This document shows, one piece after another, positions 36,901 through 42,529 of a stretch of 42,529 nucleotides of DNA (position 1 is the first letter of the stretch; each line of letters starts with the position of its first letter). The notes under the pieces are model-generated. The model did not search any database. It was not told the DNA's origin and was given only the letters and a program-made list of their open reading frames with translations. The stretch covers positions 228,365 through 270,893 of the forward strand of contig CAYMOT010000002.1 in the NCBI GenBank assembly GCA_964392315.1. The letters run 5' to 3'. The position numbers were made by a program, and so were the translations under genes. This DNA comes from an uncultured Candidatus Saccharibacteria bacterium (lineage in GTDB: Bacteria; Patescibacteriota; 4484-211; JAGQKX01).

Positions 36901-38160
36901 TTTTGACGCGGCACTATCAGCCTCTTCTTCATCATCGTAAATTGTTGAATATTTGTCAGGTATATACCCATACAAGTAATCTATCTCTAATGCTTTTAAT
37001 TTGTCTTTTACGACTTTGAGTGCTTGTGGTTTTTGACTCAAAAATAAAACTTTCTTGTCATTAGCTGCCAGATGGCACAAAATATTAGCAATGGTTTGAG
37101 ATTTACCAGTACCTGGTGGCCCCTCAACAATTGCAGCCTTTTGACTTAAAAGTTTTAGTACGTTTTTCTGGTACTTGTTTGATTCAAAAGGGAAAAATAG
37201 TTCTCCTTCACTAACTTGTGTAGTCTCCGGACTTATATCACGTCCTCCTTCCTCAAGCCACCCTCCAAGTGAAGTTTCGATTAGATCCTCGTGTTCTAAT
37301 TCAGCAAGTTTAGCTAGATCTTGAGCTAAGAAGTAGTTTGATTTACTTGATAATGAAATTATTGAATAGCCGTAGTCAAAAGACTCATCGTCGAATATAA
37401 CATCGGAAAGTCGCAGTTTTGATTTAAGCTCTTCCCACAAATCATTGATGGTGTCTTCAGTAAAGGGTAAATTTAACTGTCCATCTAGCTCTTTATTATT
37501 TACATAATCGAGAAAAGCGTAGTAATCTTCTTCTCTTAATATTTCCTGGATTGAGCCAATATTTAGAATAACTTTGTCTTCTAGTAGCTCTATATAGAAT
37601 TTCTGTTGATCTCTAGTTATGTTAATTGGAATTGAGAAAAGTGGAAATGTTTCTTTTTTGGTTTCTTTAGGAAGATTAACATTTTTTTTAGATGTATCTT
37701 TTGTGAGGTTTTCAGCTATGTTTGTTTCTTCTAATAAACCCGGTTGTACTGTAACCTTATCTATTTCGACCTCCTCAACATCCTCGTCTATTTCATATTC
37801 TGCAGTAAAATATCCAAAATTTAGGTTAATTTGTTTTGTATATTCATTAACTTCGTACTTAGTAATAATCTCTTCGATTTTTGTTGCTAGCTCTTTTTGT
37901 TTTAAATAACGAATATTGGTATCTTCATCAAGTCTATCTAACTCTTTTGGTGTATAAGCATAATACTCAGGTAGATCGATCAATTGTTGAATATCACTAT
38001 TTTCCATCTCAGATAATAAGGATAAATCCAGTGTCTCAGGCTTCAATTCATCAGTAGAAATCTTATACCTAGATCTGGCAGGGTTGATAATACCTACATA
38101 ATCTTTGGCGTAAGCGATTAGATTTTTTAATATTTGATTTTCCTCAATTTTTCCCGGCAT
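33976..38160 (-). CDS. SF1 (Upf1/Dna2-like) helicase with a Vsr/DUF559-like nuclease and C-terminal PC4-like repeats
   Basis: GPPGTGKS, LDEASQ, IGDSEQ, NHYRS, IQGDERD, RVNVAFSRAR; then FEEEV..KIDFV..IECDG..RQAILESAGW. Confidence 0.88.
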   Translation of the reverse strand: MPGKIEENQILKNLIAYAKDYVGIINPARSRYKISTDELKPETLDLSLLSEMENSDIQQLIDLPEYYAYTPKELDRLDEDTNIRYLKQKELATKIEEIITKYEVNEYTKQINLNFGYFTAEYEIDEDVEEVEIDKVTVQPGLLEETNIAENLTKDTSKKNVNLPKETKKETFPLFSIPINITRDQQKFYIELLEDKVILNIGSIQEILREEDYYAFLDYVNNKELDGQLNLPFTEDTINDLWEELKSKLRLSDVIFDDESFDYGYSIISLSSKSNYFLAQDLAKLAELEHEDLIETSLGGWLEEGGRDISPETTQVSEGELFFPFESNKYQKNVLKLLSQKAAIVEGPPGTGKSQTIANILCHLAANDKKVLFLSQKPQALKVVKDKLKALEIDYLYGYIPDKYSTIYDDEEEADSAASKLAGINNVLSTYATQGNGNPDSVQLERITESFSNYIDTERLYFELDHKRNELREYDIGSNNISATIKSISPEYYENLLQSEKSINEMIDFNQDFSERVDKLTDYNRKFTFVDFSNNYSETLTRVIDIIDDKFYDRKNKLLRFFKNNIALLNYGLPKESGELPREIIEEVEQLVIQDISKNKLISELNTFRDYLIFKEYSLLIPQEHESFKEMLNVGGLDSNSYEKLKKLCANNSVDTVLKKVFDYYRIAQEIKELKINNPNEINRLLAKEKLSYHTKVRHFINNRISNNLRAKLQKQTVRGITARIGRALSKSKRAYKTFDNLKQDPDNFKTLSELIPIWIMSLEDASRVIPAQTNMFDYVILDEASQCNLAYVIPAMYRTKHILLIGDSEQMRDDSISFKSNKILKRIADKNQIPDHLQIKSEGDSVKSVLDIGYLSGFSQETLLNHYRSPRELIGFSNKYFYEVKGKKLNVINTNYLPYKDTSRVILAHIIKPDRKRDLSSKTNLAEVNYINGLIADLKSDPKTKDCSIGVLTFFNEQAELLSEYIEADDVKVSSIEGIQGDERDIIIYSLVITDPNEKNRYLPLTGEGGDIRAPINAGRVNVAFSRARSQVHIVSSLEKDSWPDGIWIKKYLEYAEENGKINFFSQELNPFDSFFEEEVYYFLLNNFPPEKYLLQNQVESCGFKIDFVLTEIETNKKVAIECDGPTHFESEESEIYVQSDIERQAILESAGWTFARIPYSLWAGKERESFITELNQLFGKGKISYSAKIQKSVNQITEDKREGNSTLFEERDSGSSTQEVEKNGEEGVIAVLRNTNNKKQTRNLKSKDDKKEGRANQNTHSYEFKEMFEVRDDNKTYVVSETEDGTGIWINEKITSNGQEIFTNHGIGFNKKDLDEFQVSVLATIKDRQERKVPWLNSKSSVLKIHVPDENTVDLRKYITTKSYTGFTKKGIRVSTATLSTLLKELLEKVAL

Positions 38161-38384
38161 ACTTTGAGTTTATTAAAATTTGACCTGTTAATACAGGCCA
38201 AACTTTCTTGCTAAATAGATATTTTACTATAAGACGATAGTTTTTGCTTCTGTATTGTTTTAATAACAAACTACATTTAAAGTTGCTTGTACAATACTTA
38301 AGTGATTTTGCTATAATGTAGCCTATAACTATATTTGTTCCCCTAAGCTTGAACGTAATCTAGGGCAAATTATTTAATCACTTT

Positions 38385-39896
38385 ATGGTTTTATCTAAGT
38401 CTGATTTCGTGACCTACCTGAAACACCCCGCCTGGCTATGGCTCAAGAAGTTTGAGAACCATCGATTGCCGGAAATAGATGAAAGTACCCAAGCTATATT
38501 CGAAGCTGGGTACGAATTTGAATCGTATGCCGAAAAGTTATTTCCAGAGGGTATTCGTCTTGGTTTCGATAGTTTTCCTGAGTATAACTCTTTGACCACT
38601 CGTACGCGGGAAGCCTTAAACAATGGATCAAAAACGATCTTACAAGGCCGATTTGAGGCAAATGGTCTTACGTGTATTGTTGATGTGTTGGATCGGGTCG
38701 ATGATAAAACTTTTGATTTGATAGAAATAAAATCCAGTACACGTGCCAAGCCAGAGCATTATTATGATCTGGCATTTCAGATTAAAGTATTGGAAGAATC
38801 AGGGCTCACTATCGGTACTGTCTCCGTCATCCACATTAATAAAGAATATAAACGAAACGGCGACATTGATCCCCAACAGATAACGGCAATTACTGATGTA
38901 ACAGAAGAAGTGCGCGCATTAGCTGGCATCACTGACGAATATGTAACGAGAGCTAAAGAAGTTTTAACACTTGCTCAAATGCCCGATCCTTCACCTCGCT
39001 GGGCAAATCATGCAGGTGTATCTGGCACATCTTGGTTTCATGAGTGGCTCGATATGTATAAATATCTTCACTCAGAGCTTGATCGTTATAGTATTTATTC
39101 TCTTAGCTACCCTAATGCAAAACAAATTGGTGAGCTTGAAGATGCTGGTATTCGATTAATTCAAGATATTCCAGATGATAATGGTTACAAAGATAAACAC
39201 CAATTACAGGTTAGTGTGACAAAAACCGGCCAAAGATTGATTAACACCGATAAAATCAAAGATTTTTTGGATACATTCGAATTTCCACTGTATTTTCTGG
39301 ATTACGAAACCTACTCGTCCATTGTACCAATGTTCGATAACGAAAGCCCGTATTGTGATTATCCGTTCCAATATTCGCTACACATTTTGGATGCACCAGA
39401 CGCAGAATTACGACACACTGAATACCTCCATCAATCCAATACCTGTGCCATTCCCGATTTGGTTAATAAATTACAATCAGATATCGGTGATAACGGAACG
39501 ATCTTGGCTTGGAATATGAGCTATGAAAGGGGTTGTAATGACCGTATGGCCAACTTATATCCGAAATATTCCGAGTTTTTGAACGGAGTAAACCAGCGAA
39601 TGCAGGATCTGATGATTCCTTTTTCCAAGCTGTGGTTTGTGGATAAAGACTTCTTTGGCAGCGCCTCAATCAAATACGTCTTACCCGTATTAGTGCCAGA
39701 ACTTAGCTACAAAGAGCTAGAAGTGTCAGATGGATTGAAGGCTCGTAGGTTATGGATGGATACGTATTTAAAGGGAAATAACCAAGACAAAAAAGATCAG
39801 ATTTACAAAGAATTATGCGAATACTGCACCCTGGATACGTATGCAATGGTTAGGATATTTAAAATACTTGCTGACATAAATAAAAATGATGAATAA
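38385..39896 (+). CDS. DUF2779-domain protein with an N-terminal PD-(D/E)XK (Cas4/RecB-like) nuclease region
   Basis: DVL..LIEIKSS..DLAFQ; C-terminal YFLDYET, PFQYSLH, AWNMSYE, SIKYVLP, YCTLDT. Confidence 0.82.
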   Translation: MVLSKSDFVTYLKHPAWLWLKKFENHRLPEIDESTQAIFEAGYEFESYAEKLFPEGIRLGFDSFPEYNSLTTRTREALNNGSKTILQGRFEANGLTCIVDVLDRVDDKTFDLIEIKSSTRAKPEHYYDLAFQIKVLEESGLTIGTVSVIHINKEYKRNGDIDPQQITAITDVTEEVRALAGITDEYVTRAKEVLTLAQMPDPSPRWANHAGVSGTSWFHEWLDMYKYLHSELDRYSIYSLSYPNAKQIGELEDAGIRLIQDIPDDNGYKDKHQLQVSVTKTGQRLINTDKIKDFLDTFEFPLYFLDYETYSSIVPMFDNESPYCDYPFQYSLHILDAPDAELRHTEYLHQSNTCAIPDLVNKLQSDIGDNGTILAWNMSYERGCNDRMANLYPKYSEFLNGVNQRMQDLMIPFSKLWFVDKDFFGSASIKYVLPVLVPELSYKELEVSDGLKARRLWMDTYLKGNNQDKKDQIYKELCEYCTLDTYAMVRIFKILADINKNDE

Positions 39897-40391
39897 GTAT
39901 GTCTTACTAGAAGATAGACTTAAAAAATACAAAAAGGAAAGATTTATGACCACTGATATATAAAATATAGTCAAAGCTCTATGATTGGTACAATTTGTTC
40001 TATTGTCTCTATCACATTGGCAAGTTCAATTAATTCTTTTCTCTGGCAATTAATTAGTTTTATTTGGCCATGGAAGTGGCTATGGATCTTAGGAATATTT
40101 CTCTCATGGATCATTTGGGAACTAAGAACGCGAAATGGTATTAGCCACTATAATTCAGCCAATGGTTTTTCACCGACATTTAATAAATTTGTTGGTAGCG
40201 GCACATATATCATGCTCCAATCAGCCACGTTGCTCTTTTTTGTTAACTTTTTTGGTGAATTTGCCTACTGCATGCGAATACCATATATTATTCATCTTCT
40301 TATTTTTCTATCCACTGGATATTTTCTTCATAAGATAGGATTCTGGCCTCATTGGAACAAACCCCGTATTTATCGAAAACGCAGGAAATGA
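39886..40391 (+). pseudogene. Small membrane protein interrupted by a 2-nt (AT) insertion
   Basis: ATG overlaps the upstream stop. Removing AT at 39958-39959 fuses MNKYVLL...MTTD to IKYSQSS and the ORF 39981-40391. Confidence 0.55.
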
Positions 40392-40497
40392 ATGATTTAT
40401 TAAATATCCTTAATAAATTATATCTTTACCCGAGAGCGTCATACAGACTTAAAAAACGGAAATAACTAAATAATTAATTCTTGATATAATGCCGCAT

Positions 40498-41367
40498 ATG
40501 GCATTACAACGCAAAATAGAGACATTTCTTATTGAAGGTTCTCCATACGGACTTAGATATCACGATTTGTCTAATTGGATAGGAAGGATCTTTTTTACAC
40601 CTCGAACAAGTTTTTCTGAACTGTTAAAACGGGAAGAAATGGCAAAGCCAGGAGTATATTTCTTGGTTGGATCATCTGAGGAAGATGCATTACCAACGGT
40701 GTACATCGGTGAAGCCGATGTATTACAAAATAGACTTCGCTCTCACGTACAAAAAGACTTCTGGGATGAAGTTATTGTTTGTATTGCTAAGGACGATACG
40801 CTGGACAAGGCCGGAGTTAGATACATAGAAAGTAAGCTTGTCGTGAAAGCCCAGCACGACAAGCTTTGTGACATAGAAAATAGTGTAAATCCCGCTACAA
40901 ATTATCTCTCAGAAGCAAATACAGCCGTGATGGATCAATTCATTGAAAATATAATTTTTATGCTACCACTCGTAGGCGCACGTATTATCCGAACAGATAC
41001 TCAAGAAAAAATTACTCAGCCAGGAAGTCCTCTCTTAACCTGCGAGCAAGATGGAATAAAGGCTACGGGTAGAGATACTGACGAGGGGTTTGTTGTTTAT
41101 AAAGGATCAACAGCAAGAAAGAACGTATTTGATAGTTTTTCTAACAGTGGAGAACAATTACGTTCAAAGCTTACGAAGTCAGGTGTACTTATAGAACACC
41201 CTCAACAAAGTGATTTATTGTTATTTGACCAGGATTATGTCTTTAGTTCTCCTAGTGCCGCATCCGGTATGGTACTAGGTGTGACATCAAATGGACGATG
41301 GAAATGGAAAACACCGGAAGGAAAATCACTAAAAGACTTTCAGGAGGAGAATTTACCCCATGAGTAA
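40498..41367 (+). CDS. GIY-YIG nuclease with C-terminal DUF4357
   Basis: GVYFL..VYIGEA..RL..H..KDFW; C-terminal YVFSSPSAA..VLG..NG..KWK. The start was moved to 40498 because a TGaTATAAT -10 overlaps the 40489 ATG. Confidence 0.85.
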   Translation: MALQRKIETFLIEGSPYGLRYHDLSNWIGRIFFTPRTSFSELLKREEMAKPGVYFLVGSSEEDALPTVYIGEADVLQNRLRSHVQKDFWDEVIVCIAKDDTLDKAGVRYIESKLVVKAQHDKLCDIENSVNPATNYLSEANTAVMDQFIENIIFMLPLVGARIIRTDTQEKITQPGSPLLTCEQDGIKATGRDTDEGFVVYKGSTARKNVFDSFSNSGEQLRSKLTKSGVLIEHPQQSDLLLFDQDYVFSSPSAASGMVLGVTSNGRWKWKTPEGKSLKDFQEENLPHE

Positions 41368-42061
41368 TTTGTATGGCTTTAGTGGTAAATTACAACCAGC
41401 CTCTCTTTTCGAAAAAATTGAAGAAAGTTGGACTACCGAAGATATAGCATTTAACGTAAAAGATGGAGAATTTAAGATTTCATACGATGATCCAACAAAG
41501 CAGTCCCTGGCTGAACAATTGGCAAAGCACTTTATACAAGCCTTTTCTTTAAATAAAAATACCAAAGTTACAATTGACTTTAATCACACATGGAAACCGT
41601 CAAATACAGGCAGACAATTTGCCATTAGTTTTCAGGAGAAACTTGAACTGGCATACCAAATTAAGCACACTGTTCACTCTGAATGTGGTGCGAAAATAAC
41701 AGGAACTGATAACAATATTTCACTTAAGTCAAATGAAAAGATAGTTACTAAGATGTTACAAGATCCTGTTTTGGCAGAAGCTATTCTGCACTTTACTTCC
41801 GAAGTAGTCGATGATAAACGCCCATTGTATGGTATTTACAAATCAATTGAAGTTATTACAAAACACATGGATAAACACGAAGGTAGAAAGAAGCTCGCGC
41901 TACTCGCTGAAAAACCAGAGCAATTTGTACAAGATCTTATGGAAACTGCAAACTCTCAGAGACATCCAACGATAAAGGCACAAAGTAAAAAAGTGTTATC
42001 AGAACAAGAGTGTCAATTTAGAGCAAGACTATTAATCCAAGCATACATGGATAGCCTTTGA
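41360..42061 (+). CDS. Hypothetical protein
   Basis: 233-aa ORF coupled to the GIY-YIG gene by an 8-nt overlap, with GGAGG upstream; no confident family. Confidence 0.7.
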   Translation: MSNLYGFSGKLQPASLFEKIEESWTTEDIAFNVKDGEFKISYDDPTKQSLAEQLAKHFIQAFSLNKNTKVTIDFNHTWKPSNTGRQFAISFQEKLELAYQIKHTVHSECGAKITGTDNNISLKSNEKIVTKMLQDPVLAEAILHFTSEVVDDKRPLYGIYKSIEVITKHMDKHEGRKKLALLAEKPEQFVQDLMETANSQRHPTIKAQSKKVLSEQECQFRARLLIQAYMDSL

Positions 42062-42087
42062 ATGACAGCTTCTCATTTGAGGATTAA

Positions 42088-42330
42088 CTAAACAGTCGTT
42101 GGATACAACTCATCAACCTCTACTTTTAAAGCCTTAGCTATTTTGTACAACGTATATGACGATGGCGTACGTCGAGATGTCTCAATCATGTTTATATATG
42201 TTCGATAAAACCCACACTTATGCGATAACTCGTCTTGCGTCATATTTCTTTCTTGACGTTTTGTCCTAATATTTTTACCAATAATTTCTGAAAACTTCGT
42301 TTTACTTAGCACAAGGTAATTGTTTACCAA
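42088..42330 (-). CDS. XRE/Cro-C1 HTH regulator
   Basis: IGKNIRTKRQERNMTQDELS..RTYINMIETSRRTPS..IAKAL. Confidence 0.9.
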   Translation of the reverse strand: MVNNYLVLSKTKFSEIIGKNIRTKRQERNMTQDELSHKCGFYRTYINMIETSRRTPSSYTLYKIAKALKVEVDELYPTTV

Positions 42331-42422
42331 TACGCACTATAGTAAAACCTACTATTGATAGATTAATGCTTTACAAAGGCTTTTAACTAAGCTAAACTGG
42401 CGCTATTAGCCTATAAAATAAC

Positions 42423-42529
42423 ATGTCAATTATTATCTCGCATAACGGCAAAAATGCCACCAAAATTAATAAAATGCAGATCGATAAAGAAGACTATCTT
42501 CAAAACTATATTTATGAGAATCCTGATGC
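42423..42529 (+). CDS. 5' part of a CDS cut by the window edge, possibly a NucS-like/PD-(D/E)XK nuclease
   Basis: Manual translation MSIIISHNGKNATKINKMQIDKEDYLQNYIYENPD; E..LQ..I.ENP resembles the first helix of such nucleases; TATAAA at 42412-42417. Confidence 0.55.
   Translation, partial: MSIIISHNGKNATKINKMQIDKEDYLQNYIYENPD

Larger units (their letters stand above)
8822..42529. mobile_element. Putative tRNA-Gln-anchored genomic island (metal-resistance cargo, terminase/serine recombinase module, defence genes); right end not in window
   Basis: Accessory genes begin directly after the tRNA 3' end. The region contains a large serine recombinase, terminase, R-M and nucleases. No second copy of the tRNA 3' end was seen, so the boundaries are unproven. 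Confidence 0.55.

Noticed and set aside
38184-38295. Short palindromes between the helicase and DUF2779 genes (CCTGT-N4-ACAGG, TTGTT-N5-AACAA, TTGTACAA)
   Set aside because: Spacings are inconsistent and the sequence is AT-rich, so they are compatible with chance; they do not match the LexA CTGT-N8-ACAG spacing
390-41565. Numerous short antisense or alternate-frame ORFs (e.g. 7945-8415, 20740-21423, 26635-26964, 38414-38749)
   Set aside because: They are fully nested in well-supported genes and have no motifs; shadow ORFs
8800-42529. attL/attR direct repeat of the tRNA 3' end
   Set aside because: No second copy was seen by eye in the window; serine recombinase cores may also be too short to see
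1-42529. CRISPR array, or a Cas role for the Cas4-like DUF2779 N-terminus
   Set aside because: No repeat-spacer array and no cas1/cas2 or effector genes are visible
1-42529. TGA-to-Gly/Trp recoding (code 25/4)
   Set aside because: TGA ends several genes right where the next gene or operator starts (e.g. 10368, 11182, 27250), and long ORFs are intact under code 11

Overview
This is a bacterial window, AT-rich and read in genetic code 11. Gene content and promoter style suggest Patescibacteria/CPR, but that is inference only. It has four blocks. (1) 1-8821, probable host backbone: a surface-glycan locus (three GT4 glycosyltransferases, a DUF2206-like polytopic protein, a Wzx-like flippase, two polysaccharide deacetylases), a TrmH/SpoU RNA methyltransferase and tRNA-Gln(UUG). 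(2) About 8.8-23.7 kb, a copper/thiol-redox cargo cluster: BlaI plus M56 peptidase, two CcdA-like proteins, DsbA, two DUF1573 proteins, several uncharacterised Cys/His-motif proteins, an OmpR-type two-component system, a multicopper oxidase, a P1B-3 Cu-ATPase and CsoR. Three operator types can be read directly from the DNA there. (3) 23.7-29.85 kb, a leftward module of ParB-MTase, MTase, terminase small and large subunits and a large serine recombinase. It has no portal or capsid gene in the window and is preceded by an attenuator-like structured leader. (4) 29.96 kb to the end, a defence-type cluster: Type IIG/ISP-like R-M fusion, HNH nuclease, SF1 helicase-Vsr protein with tandem PC4-like repeats, DUF2779 nuclease, GIY-YIG/DUF4357 nuclease, XRE regulator and a truncated nuclease-like gene. 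Blocks 2-4 look like a tRNA-anchored genomic island whose right end lies outside the window. Family names come from motif recognition, not database searches.
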